DNA of 62,568 nucleotides, the filler included, from Asterionella formosa (lineage: Eukaryota), in NCBI GenBank assembly GCA_002256025.1. It is 14 parts of 14 records of this genome, joined end to end, with 100 filler letters (N's around TTAATTAATTAA, not from the genome) between each part and the next. Parts side by side here need not be neighbours in the genome. Positions count along the whole stretch, not along the records: positions 49,262 to 53,631 come from NKIB01013567.1; positions 53,732 to 58,100 come from NKIB01013568.1; positions 58,201 to 62,568 come from NKIB01013569.1; 11 more parts are not named here. One strand, written 5' to 3'. Under the pieces are notes generated by a model. The model was not told the origin of the DNA and made no database searches. It saw only the letters and a list, made by a program, of their open reading frames with translations. This document shows, piece by piece, positions 49,262-61,315 of the stretch; position 1 is the first letter of the stretch; each line of letters opens with the position of its first letter. Both the position numbers and the translations under genes were made by a program.

Positions 49262-52200
49262 ACGACGTCCGGGTCCACATGCGAAATCTTGTTGTCGTCT
49301 ACATACCACGCAATCGTACACTGCTTCCCGTTGATTGTGCAGTTAGCAATGCAAGAGTCGTAAGGGTTTAACACAAAACCCATCTCTTTTAGGGTGTTGT
49401 GGAATAAATCATACCATAGTAGGGCAGATTTGACGCACCCATAAATCGCTTTCACTAGCCTGACGTACAACACTTTGTTTCCTTTCTCGTTGGACACAAA
49501 ATTCGTGTGCTCTGGATTCATGTTGCATACTATATCGACTGATTCACCAGTGAATTTCATAACAACGAAATCATCCATGTCTGCTTTTAAATACGCACCC
49601 GCCACATCTGCTGTGGCGACATCTCTTCCTTCATGTGCATCGATCATGATGGACAACATGAGTGCATCGGTGGATACTGTTGGAGATGCCGTCTGCGACT
49701 TGTCATAAAGTGATCGCTGCGGTCTCCCGTCGGCTACTGTACGCCCCTTGAGGCGCCCGTCTCTCTTCTATTTGATGAAATTGATGGCTCGGAGCGCTCC
49801 CGTCCTCTGTTCCCTGGTAAGGGAGTTCGCGCTTACGGGTTCGTACACATCCAGCTCCTCTAGTTGTGCAAATTCTCTCATCAGGGCGGCCTCCGCCGCT
49901 TTCCCGTGTTTCTTTATTCCCGCCTTCGCGGTCATCTGGTTCATTACATACCCAAAAATATGTTTACTTGTGTTGTCGTCTGCGTATGACATCTTTGTTC
50001 GAAATCCGCGTTGTACGAACTGTCTTGGTGGAAAGTATGACTTGTTGCTATGCGGTGCATCAATGGCCTGCTTGAACTGTTCACTTGTGGCTGCCCGGCG
50101 TTGTCGGGGATTATATGGTCTGTGTTCTTCCGCCAACGCTCCTTGATCTGCCACCTCAATGATCGCTGTCTCTTCCATAGGCGCTCCTTGGTTTTCGTCG
50201 ATAGGCGCCCCTTGTTCCAAGTGCGCTCCTTGGTCTTCGTTGTGTTCTTGTTGTATGTAGTCATTGTAGACAAGCGCGACATCATCAATGTCGATCGTGT
50301 TTGGGTCTCCTGGGTTTGGCTCGACTGGATTTGGCTCGACTAGCAGTGCATCGTCCAAAACCGTAGGGTGTGGCCCATCATGGAGCAGATCGGCAACTTC
50401 GTGATCATCGATGGCATCAAAATCCGCGGAGTTAAAATCGTCAATAGGTTGATGTGCGGCAGGCTCGTAGTCCCGGTCGTATTCGTTGTTGTCAATGTGG
50501 TGATCGGTGCGCCATTCTACAGCTAGGCCTCTGGCCTGGATGGGGGGCTGCCCCTCATGTGCCGCGAGCGCCTCCACGCGGGCAATGGCGGTGTCCGTCA
50601 TGGGCAACTCCGTCCAATTATGTCGGGAAATTTTATTGCCGGTTGCAAGAGACATGAAGTAGTAGTCACCTTGGACATTACCAGTGGGGGTAAGGGCAAT
50701 TGCCCCGAGGGAACGCGCTTGAAGGGTGTTGGATGGGTCGTTGTCTTCAAAAACTTGGACGTAGGTCCCAAACTCAATGCGCATTTGGTTGTATTCTGGG
50801 TTGGCAGCGCCCGTGACAATGCATGCAGGGCTCATGGTGTCTGAGATGCCGTTTGCCCATGGGAACTGGTTTAGACATCGAACGGCATCGATCACCATAT
50901 GGTTGATGATCACCCGTGGAAGACGCTTGAAAGGTAGGCCGTGTGCGCACGAGCGTAGTCGCTCCTTGATGGTTCGGATGGACCGTTCCACTTCACCAAC
51001 GTGACTGTCGGCAGGTACAATGTTTAATGCGATAGGTTGCAATTCCTCACGAACACACTCGAGTTCACTGTCAGCATGCACATCACAAACCTGTAAACCG
51101 CGTAGGTGGTAGAGGCGGACCGCACTCCGAATTTTGCGTAGAATGGTAGTCTTGGTCCGGTCGGGAACCAGGTCCACGGTTCGGAAACCGATGCCGCGTG
51201 AGATGGTATGAAAAAATGGTAGACCCTGCACAAAGAAGAAATCGGCGCACAACGTTACGTTGTGGTGATGCTCCAGGATTGGGGCAGGAATCGGTTCGGC
51301 CACAAACGTTGGCGCTCTTGGGGCGGCGCGCGACCGCGTAGTTTTACCTTTTATGTCAGCGATGTCTGGACCGTAAATAATGAGGGCGCGCTTGGCGTCG
51401 TCTGGCGTCACTGGGCAATTTCTAATCAAGTTGTTCCATAGGATGGATTGGAATTCCACCTCGGCAGGCCGCCCGATCTTTCTATACAAGTCTCTGGCTG
51501 TATTGGCTGATTGAATTTCACGTCGTGAGAATAGTTTCTTCTGTTCTGCTACTGTGGATAGCATGGTGTAACCTGTAACATTGTCGTTAGTATCGTTGTT
51601 ACAACTAAACACATATAGTCCTGAGGGGTGCTCAAGAAATTTCATCACAGTTCCATCGAGTCTATGGACAAGCATCGCGGGCTCGTCCGCAGAGTCCATG
51701 GTGACACGGCATACCTTGCGCACCTCAGCAAGGGAGAGGATGTTGGCAATTGATTCACGGTTGTACCAAACCTTACCCAAGTTGGGAAAATCTCCTACCA
51801 TGTTGGATTTCTGGTAGCCCCCATTTGTGAGCGCCCTGAGTAGTGTCGACTGCGAGTCAAGAAGGATCCACTTAGGATCAATCCCAGGGTCGCCGGTCTG
51901 TGTAAGCATGTATGCATACTGCGTCAATGTAGTGCCTGAGGTCGTCGATCCCTGCCTGTCAGGGCAGTCTCCCGTGTAGTGTCCTAGGCTTTGGCAGTTG
52001 TAACAGATGATGCCATCATGTAACACTCCATTATTGCCTGCGATTTCGCCACGTTGCGCAAACGTCATTGCGCTGGCCTCAGGGCTTCCAGTCGGCTGGG
52101 AGCGTGGTGTATCTTTCCTGACATTGGTGTTCGTTGGAGTTCTGTAGTTTACGAGAAGGCTTTGGGCTGACAACAAATCGGTGGGGTACTGGTCAATTCC

Positions 52201-53094
52201 CATTGCATACTGGTTTGACAGGTCAGCGATGAGGGTGCCATACCTGGTGGGGTCAGCACTTTGAATCAAAGCGATTGCAAGGGTGCGTTCACGCGCGATC
52301 TCCTTTCGCTCTTCAATGCTACGCCAATTCCTGTCCTGATCCTGGAAGGATACCAGTTTATAATTTGCTGCCACGGTGCCGCCATGGTACTCGATGGTCT
52401 CAGCCCATCCTCGCAAACACTCAACGTAGTCTTCTGCGGACTGTCCTTGTAACTGACGACAAGTGAGGAAACTGGTCTGGGCGTCCAAAAGTGCAATGAA
52501 ACCATTCCTGCTCTGATCGAACTGTAAAGTAATCGACTTGATCTGTTTTAGAAGCCAAAAATAATCGTTGTTGGCAGTCTTGTCCTTGTAGTCATCGTGC
52601 GTTTTGACCTTTGCCTTCATGTCATCATTACACTGGCCCCAAATCACCGCATACACTGTTGCTAGGTTGCTCTTCAGGTAATGATTGCGCTTGACATACG
52701 TTTTTACTTCTTCTGCGAAAATCATTTTCATGGTCAGTCCTGCATCATCATCTAGTTCATCTGGCATGTCTACCATGGGAACCGCCATGGTGTCGGCAAA
52801 CAAAGGGGCAAGGTCTTCAGAGTACTTCAGTGTTTTCCTCACATATCCATCTACAACTTCTAACGTTTTGGCGTACTGGCGTCTGTCACTTTGTTCTTCA
52901 TAGCATTCAAATACGTTTCCGTTCATGCCCTCTGTGCTGCCCTTAAAAATGCCACGGTTGTTGCTTGTCGCTTGTGTCCTTCCCTGGCCGCCACGGCTCC
53001 CGCGCGGACGGTTGTCCCTTCGCCCTCTCCCACCGGTGCTGCCGCGTCCACTCGCTAAGCTGCCGCTGGTCGATGCGTCTGGGGTGGCACTCAT
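49262..53094 (-). mobile_element. CoDi-like Ty1/Copia polyprotein B (gag, protease, integrase, RT), cut by the gap
   Basis: CYNCQSLGHYTGDC, WILLDSQST, ADFFFV/HADSE/HVGEVERSIRTIKER, RT ADVAGAYL...KAIYGCVKSALLWY...YVDD. In-frame TAG at 49768-49770 and an apparent deletion in the protease. Confidence 0.95.
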
Positions 53095-53291
53095 GGGGTT
53101 CGTTGGTCAAATCTCTTCAAATTGTCGCTGTTGGTTCCTTGATTGGTGGCTGCGGCCTTCAGCTGCGCTACTCGAATCTGTAAAATGTTCAAAACCGCGA
53201 TTGAGATGTCGAAACTCCAGCCTTCCATGTGAGTCTCAAAAAGAACGGCTGTTCCTTTTGTTTTACTTTATTTTATTTTATCTCGAAACAA

Positions 53292-53631
53292 TGTTGTTCC
53301 AACTACCGTAATCGACCGTATCGTAGGCCTTGAACCTAGTACTGTGTTAATCGAATACAGTTGATGAAATTGATAGCAACGAAGGAGTTGTCAAACTTAA
53401 ACTTTCACTTTACTAACTGGATTGTTTCGAGATAATGGTCTCGAAACACTCTTATTTCTCACATTGCATTTTAACATTTTTTCCTGACCTCTGATTGCTT
53501 TTCCTTGCGTTGTGCCTTTTACCACGTCAGCCCAGGTAAATCTTGGTAGCGGCTGTACGGTTTTAACTGTAGTACTGTTCTCTCTCGTATCTACTATACC
53601 CTTCACTCCTGTCCTGTGGCAGTCAGCTCGC
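53292..53631 (-). mobile_element. 5' LTR of Copia element B (its 5' end lies in the gap)
   Basis: Ends in ...GGAACAACA on the minus strand, about 200 nt upstream of the gag ATG. The boundary is inferred from the CAACA terminus. Confidence 0.7.
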
Positions 53632-54334
53632 NNNNNNNNNNNNNNNNNNNNNNNNNNNNNNNNNNNNNNNNNNNNTTAATTAATTAANNNNNNNNNNNNN
53701 NNNNNNNNNNNNNNNNNNNNNNNNNNNNNNNTTTGCAAATTTCCACTGATTTAAATATTTCAAATGGAATCACGTCATTCAAAAATAGCTAATTAAATCC
53801 TTAATTCCAGGGAATTTTGGCAACCCTAAGCAATATTTAAATTTTTGCCTAGGGTTTCAAATGTAGCAATCTTAAATATAGATATACCCCGGCCTGTGTA
53901 CTACATGTATATAAATAATACATTGTATGTATGGATATATTTTATTATAGCTAAGAATACTGGTCCCCCCATAGATTTGAAAACTTTATGCCCCTACCTC
54001 AATAGATAAGTAAACGCATGATCTTGGTAAATGTACCACATGGAGCACTTGTCACTTCTATAGAAATATTGGTTTAGGATCAATAGCATGTCCTAGTGCA
54101 TGGTGATTCAAAACTGACAAATGCCACAATGGGCTCTTCCTTTTTGGACTGGCTACATTTAATATACAATGAAAACTGTAACAAGTACAATGCGGTAAAC
54201 AAAGCATAGAACCGCCATGAACTGAGGATGATCATCTTCAACGTACTTATCATCTCTAATATCTCTAGTTTTCGCAATTTTTTACACTTTAGGGACTTTT
54301 TCTGCACACCAGTCCACTACTCCAAAAAATATTT

Positions 54335-54866
54335 GCTGATGTCTAATTTTATCAATACACATTCATTCTGAGCAAATTGACACTCCAGATGTAGACATTG
54401 CTTGATCTCGTGCACTTTGAATACTTTAATAGATAGAAACGGCTGCAAATTGGTGGAGAGAAATGTATTTAATTTTTGTGGCTACATTACAGGTCATCAG
54501 TCTACAAGCACCAAAAACAGTATACATGCTGATGGGTAATTTGCTCAATATGCATTTGTCCTGAGCATATCAGTACTCCAAATGTAGACATTGATCTCTT
54601 GTACATCGAAAACTTTACTTGATAAAAATTGGCTACAAATTGGTGGAGAAAATGGATTTGATATTTTTTGTGGCTGCATTATGGATCATCAATCCACAAG
54701 CACCAAAAATAGTATACATGCTGATGCCTAATTAGCTCAATGTACATTCGTTCTGAGCATATTGATACTCAAAATTTTGGCATTGATCTTTGTATATCAA
54801 ATACTCTACTAGCAGAGAGAAATCGGCTGCAAATTGGTGGAGAAAAATGGATTTCATTTTTTTGTG
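54335..54866. repeat. Degenerate tandem repeat, about 190 bp x3
   Basis: GCTGATG..., CTGAGCA, CATTG and GGCT.CAAATTGGTGGAGA recur at about 190-nt spacing. Confidence 0.85.
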
Positions 54867-55679
54867 CATCACTGCTTCTGGACTATCTATCGCAGAATAC
54901 TAGCATGTTCTTGTAGTAATTTGAAATAGAAAATTGCCATTGTGGACTCCTCCTTTTCGGACTGGCTATGTTTAGTGTACAACTTTTGTCTCCGCCATGG
55001 TGCTTTCCGCCCCTGCCCCTGCCCCTGCCCCTGCCGCCCCTCTCCTCTCCTCCCCTCCACTGGCAAATCTCCCATGGAGGTTGATCCCCCATTGATCTAG
55101 CATCCCTCCTGGCAAAACCACCAACCAAATCCACCAAATCCTATGGAAAAATGAACGGCACTGGGCAACTATATCTCAGCGCCTACTTCCAGCACCATTC
55201 TCTTATTCTCTCTCCTCCAGTTCTCACAACCCTTCCTGATCCCTCTCTCCTCTCGCCTTCCTTCTCCCTCCCCTGTGACCACCCACATAACAAAAGAAGA
55301 ATACATTGCAACCAACCTCCTCATGCGGCATCCCAGACCTATAGTCGCCCACTGGTACCAATTTTGCCAATAGTTCATGTTCCCTCTCCTCTCTATCCTC
55401 TCCTCGTCTCCCCAATGCTGGCTCCCTAGCACCACCCCATTATGTTGTTGACCCTATTACTACAAGATCAGTTCACCCCTTTGATGTCGGATTTCAGAAT
55501 TTGTGGCTTTTCTTTCAACTTTCGATAGTATGCAAGACTAAGAATTGAATATTGTAAAATCCCACATAAATGATGAACAAGAAGTACTTCAGTCACTTCA
55601 TTGGTCACTTTGTCCTCATAATATTTTATACCACCTATATCTTCAGAAAAGTAGATAGCTCTAGTCTACTATCAGAGAT

Positions 55680-56515
55680 CTAGACATCCGCAGTATTCTG
55701 CTCAGTTGGCTGGTCGATAATGGTAGTATAGCTTCGCTTTGAGTCAATAGCATCATTTGCAAGTCCTGAGTAAGCAGTATGGGTCAGTTGGAGCAAATGT
55801 GTATTTACCATTAATAGGAAAAAATGCTGGTACATACCATCAGCAACACAGTTGTCTTTTCGATACACATGTTCAAAAGACACTTGTAGTGGCAAGAGGG
55901 ATCTTATTTGGCTCAAGGTTGAATTTACTTGATGGTAAAGGGGCAATAGGTTGGGACTTCGACATTCATTGTTGCCACTTAGTTGTTGAATTATTAAGTT
56001 CGAGTCTCCTTTCACTTCAATGTAAGCAATCCAAGTTTGCTCGCCTTTTGAAATATTAGATATAGCATTCTTAGCTTCCAAGAGGCCACACAATACGCCA
56101 TTATACTCTGCCTCATTATTGGTGGCTCGGCCAGATATTTTCGAACATGTATTTTTTGCTGTTTCAAGGTGTGGCCAGATACTGTTTGCTCCATAACCAC
56201 GACTTCCGATCCAGCGCCGGATAAACCCGGATTTCCGCGTGAACCGCCGTCAAAATGAATTCCGATCAATATCTTACGAGTTGGTTCTATCTTCCTTCGT
56301 TTAGGAAGTGGTGACTTTTTGGATAACGACGGATTGGATTGTTTTGGTGTATCAATCTTGTTTGCCTCGACAAAATTTTCAGCTTCCGCTTTAGAAGCAA
56401 AGCTTTTGAACTTTGCTCCCTTGAAGCCCTTCACTTGGGCCTCGCACTCGCACCACGAGTTGAAAATACCCAGTTGGAGACCGACAGCGACAGCGTAGTA
56501 CTTCGTTTTGGCCAT
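55680..56515 (-). CDS. Ribonuclease H1: N-terminal hybrid-binding (viroplasmin-like) domain plus archaeal/plant-type catalytic domain. One frameshift near 56130 and a probable intron at 55837-55766
   Basis: KYYAVAVG...GIFNSWCECEAQVKGFKGAKFKSF, FDGGSRGNPG, ATNNEAEY, KGDSNLIIQQ, HVYRKDNCVADGLANDA. Confidence 0.85.
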
Positions 56516-56757
56516 CAGATAAAGTAGACGGTATCAAATGATTCTCATTTCTCTATCGCTATTTTACGTTTATGGTAGAACCGATAAAGCGTCTGGAGCA
56601 GAGTATTAACGCTACACCAAGTAAGTTTAAACCAATATTATATGATCGCATGAACAACGAAGCAAAACCAAAAGCACAAATGTGATGTTGTGGTTTTGCC
56701 GAAGGCAAGACACGCCCGAGATGCATGTGTTCGTTCCTGTGAGTACCTGGTACATGG

Positions 56758-57022
56758 TGAAGTATCTAACAAGAAGTAGTAGTATCGAATAAATACGCTA
56801 GTGTTGTCGGCAGAACAACTTACATGGTGCATAAGGAAAGAAAGATAAAGGTTGAAAAGATAGACTTTAAGATATATAAACCTACGCCGTTCTAGCGCAT
56901 TCGCTGCTCCAAGCCTGCACGCTGTACTATCGCTAAAACACTCTAACGACTAGTTAGTCCCCTGTACCGTATGACACGGTACATTCATCCACGCGCCCAT
57001 ACTGCACTGCAATATTCGTTCA
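56758..57022 (-). mobile_element. 3' LTR (265 bp) of Copia element D
   Basis: PPT-like GAGGGGAC immediately before TGAACG..., an internal TATATAT, and the end ...AGATACTTCA. It lies downstream of the RNase H ORF. Confidence 0.8.
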
Positions 57023-57191
57023 GTCCCCTCGAATACATGGGAGGTGAAACCAAACAAATATTTATCACTAAACATCGACCTGGATTCGGTGCCACACGTC
57101 ATTGCGTGCCCAGGAGGTAACCGGTGTCATAGGTTGTGACATCACGATGAACCTTGGCTTCAATCTTTGACCCACTGTGATCCAACAGCCA

Positions 57192-58100
57192 TCAATACAT
57201 GAACTTGTCGCACAAATACTCTCGTGTAATTTGGGGTAATGGCTTCGTCAGCACATCAGCCAAATTAGTCTTTCCATCTTCCTTCGTTACCCGAATCATC
57301 CCTGCCGCCACAGCTTCTCTCGCTCTGTGATACGCTATTGCATTATGTTTCTTTTTCAAAGTCGATTCTGGATGAATCGTGTTCTTCGTCACTGCCTCGT
57401 TGTCGCAGAAAACGTTAGTCGGTCCATCGATTGGGATTCCAAACATTCTCAGCTTATACCTCAATGCCTCGATCAGTTCGACCGAGATCTTCAAAGCCAC
57501 AAATTCGCTACCAAACGTCGATGTCTCGACAGTGTTCTGTCGCTTACTGTACCATATAATTGGAGCCCGATTCACAAAAATCAGTATCCCGGTCTGCGAG
57601 CGCCTCGTCACCCGATTCCCTGCATGATCCGCATCCACAAAACAGTGAGTAGTTACAACATTACCTCTGGGCTCGGGTGCATCCCCTGGAATAGACTCCT
57701 GCGCTCCCCTGTAAAAGTCGTACCAATCGCATTTGACAAACCTGGACTCGTTTATATCGGGGTGTGTCGGATCAAAGATCAACGTCCTCTTGGGTTTCGC
57801 TTTCAAATATCCGAACATGTGATATACCTGTTGTAAGTGTCCGCTCCTCGGCAACGCTAGGTGAGTAGATAACATAGAAACTTCCATAGCAATGTCTATT
57901 CGTCCAAGCTCCACTGCCCAGCGGAGCACGCCGATCAATTCCTGGTAGTATCTCACGCCTTCAATCTTGAGTTCGGCAGAAATATCCAGTTCCGGTCTAT
58001 AATTCCCCTGCAATGGGGTAGTGCACCTCGTTGGAAGCCGCTGACCCGACTCGTCGAGTTTGAACTCTACGTTGGCGATGGCCGCCTTGACATACTGCTC
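57192..58100 (-). mobile_element. Copia RT C-terminus and RNase H, intact frame
   Basis: YQELIGVLRWAVELGRIDI, FVDADHAG..RRSQTG, TFGSEF, FCDNEAV, KKKHNAIAYHRARE, NLADVLTKPL. Confidence 0.95.
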
Positions 58101-58791
58101 NNNNNNNNNNNNNNNNNNNNNNNNNNNNNNNNNNNNNNNNNNNNTTAATTAATTAANNNNNNNNNNNNNNNNNNNNNNNNNNNNNNNNNNNNNNNNNNNN
58201 TAAGTTACAAACAGCAGTGTTGGAGCCCATTTATTGATCGATACTTTGCTTCTCATTCAATCTTCGACTGACACATTCTTCTACAGAAATATGCATCAGT
58301 TACTTCCTCAATTTGTGGTAAGTGAAGATAGAAGCGAAATGAATGTTGTTGTGTAAGCAAAACATGAACAGCTAACAATGAATTGCTTCTCTTTGTTAGT
58401 ATGATTGGGACAACGAAACGGTTTAAATAGTAATAGGAAAATGCGTGAATGCAAACTCAGAACAACCCTCAGGAGTAAATGGAACAAAGCAAGCAGGGGA
58501 ACAACGGCAAGGCAACCAGTACAACAACCTTCAGAATTGGATTGAGGGAGGGGGAGGTGGAAGTGAAAGCGGCACCAACAATCATTGCGATGAGAGCATT
58601 GTAGAAAATTCTGTAGCCACTTAAGATATGATAGAATCATAGAACCATTCTTAGCTAAATATAGTTCTAAATGTCGATCAATTTCATCCTATTTTAGACA
58701 GTGATATCGATGAGAATTACGATCATGCTAAGATAGATGTATGACAAAAGTATACACATCATATGACCATGTTTAACTAATTATATGATGC

Positions 58792-59150
58792 AATGGTATT
58801 ATAACTATGAGAGTCTCATCAAACTTCAAGCTCGGTAAAAGTTTACTGCATGATCATAATTATATGATACATCGATCATATTTTTGATCGAAAAACTATC
58901 ATATATGTGAAAATCCTGTGCCACTTAGCGTACAATACCCTTGATCATATTTTCATGATATTTTTAATTTACAGATGATGCCATTTTGCATGGTATTATA
59001 ACTATGATAGCATCATCATACTTCAAGCTCAGTAAAAGTTTACTGCATGATCATAATTATATGATACATTGATCATATTTTTGATCCAAAAACTTTCATA
59101 CATGTAAAAATCCTGTGCCACTTAGCATACGATACCCTTGATCCTATATT
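58792..59150. repeat. Tandem duplication, about 198 bp x2
   Basis: ATGGTATTATAACTATGA...CTTCAAGCTC.GTAAAAGTTTACTGCATGATCATAATTATATGATACAT...AATCCTGTGCCACTTAGC occurs twice. Confidence 0.9.
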
Positions 59151-59179
59151 CATGATAGTGTTTTTTTGCAGACAGTGCA

Positions 59180-59345
59180 TGCTGTTGACGTCTGCTCCTT
59201 ACCATCCGGGATGATACCTACAGAGATCTCAAGCAACCGTCCCCAAAACTTGCTTGCCTTCTGACCAGTCCCAGTGATTGAGTCTTCACTGGCTGCAACC
59301 CAGGACCGAGCAAGCGCCCAATCCTCTTCTTTCTCCCACGTAACA
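59180..59345 (-). pseudogene. Myb/SANT-like (NAM-associated type) fragment typical of the PIF/Harbinger accessory ORF
   Basis: WEKEEDWALARSWVAASEDSITGTGQKASKFW. Confidence 0.65.
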
Positions 59346-60273
59346 CCTGAACCCACACTGACAAGGTTAAATAAATTATGCGTAGATTTATGAGTCAACC
59401 TCAAACACACATGCTGATGGTTGTATTTTTACTAGTCTACATGAAGATTGTACCGAAAATGTGTTGAAACTATTTATGCACTTATTAAACCATAAACGTT
59501 AGGTGCTGGCGCAAGCCACAATCTAAACCAAAAGAAATGCTTCTTAGATTTGGTTACGGTCGGAATCTAATCGACCAAATACCAGATATTTGGTCAATAA
59601 GGGGGTCATCCTCGAACAAGGAGACCAAAGCATATTTGGTCTTGGTCGATGTGGTGGCTAAAATATTTTTGCTTTTTCGACCAAGACAACACATCATGAC
59701 GTGAAATGAATCCCAACTGCAATTGGCTTGGTATTTGGTCAATGCGCTAGAGATGATCTAATGAGTGTTATTTAGCTATGATTGAGGTTGTAACATTGAT
59801 CAATGCTCTGGTGACAGACCGCCGGAAATATTCGTGTTGTGTGATGAGCCATTTCGTTTTCATTGGATTTCTTTTCAAGCTCTTAAGAACGGACTGCATA
59901 CAAACATAATGTGCACTGTAGATGATGATTCATCGAAGACATATGATTACTTGAAAGACAAATGAAGATTTTATCACAAACAGTCATTCCACTCGACATG
60001 GCTGCTTTGTTGTTGTTGCAAGAAACAGAGTGAGGACTGGAGAGGATGATGATGAGCCAAACCACATTACTTTTACTGGTACATTGTTATCCTACCAAGA
60101 AATTTAAATAAAGGAAACTTAAAGAAAGAATACATATATTTATTAAATTTCCATAGTCAAAAGGGTTACTTTTTAAATTACGAGGGCATTTATCAAAATT
60201 ATTAGATGATATAACGAAAAATTATGATCAGATGATCATAATCCTATGATGCATCATAGGAATATGATGGTTT

Positions 60274-61315
60274 TTATTTGCAGACAATATCAGGATTGTC
60301 AGGATCTTCAGTTGAAACCAGGTAATCACGACAAACATATCGTTGATATAATCCATTACCACCCCTGAAACTGCAGATTTTGTTGTGCTCTTCTGTATCA
60401 CCAATGATCATTCCAATCTCGAAATCAACTTTTGTCATACCAACACCATGAATCCAAATATCGTATGACTTGTTTCGATCTTCGAAAGGCAACAATAGAA
60501 ATCTTGTAGCAGAATGGTATAATTTGAGTCTACATAAGGACAACTTGTCACCAGATACTTTTTATTCATTTGTTTCTCCAGATCACTGACTTCAATGTCT
60601 GGCAAAAGAGATACTGATTGCCATCCATCAACAAGTTTAACATTGTCACCAAGAACAGATGCTCAGAATGCTTCATTTGTTTATCAATAGGTGAACCATC
60701 ACTGAAAACTGCTAGGGCAACAAATAAAGAACACCCTGTCTTCAACACTCCATTCTCTGATGCAGGAGAATTGTTGAACGCATTTTCAAACCAAGGTGCA
60801 GAAGTTACTTTGTCATATATGCATTCTCCACAAGTTGTAAGTTCCACGTGTGGGTGACATACAAAATGTTGCATGATATCGGAATTGCATAGCAATGCTG
60901 CCATGAGCTGCTCTATTGGTTCAAAATAATGGAGTGTGTGTGGGATGATCATGTTTGAATTGCTATCAATCTATATTTTTTTGGTCAACAGTTGACCACC
61001 AGCTTATGTTGGTGGAAATGAAACATCCATGCGGTTCTTCAAAGTCTGGTAGGATGGAGCTTGATACCTTCCATCAAAATATTTCATTGCTTTTGCCTTG
61101 AACAGCCTTTTCATTAGATGATCAAAGTAAACTGGTGGAAGGTTATTCTTGTGAAGGAATAATGTTAGTTCTAATTTGATTGGATGCATGTAAAAAAATG
61201 AATGTTTACTTGGAAGTTGAAATTGAGGAGGAAGGGGCATTTCCATTGCATTTTCAGGGAGGAAGTCAGTATGATCTTGAAAATCTGAATATTGCATGGT
61301 GCATAGTTTCTGCAT
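60274..61315 (-). mobile_element. Degenerate Plavaka/CMC-like transposase
   Basis: Broken ORFs: ELTLFLHKNNLPPVYFDHLM, IYDKVTSAPWF, ALAVFSDGSPIDK...HLFLVTMLNL, IIGDTEEHNKICS...YVCRD...DPDNP. Confidence 0.6.
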
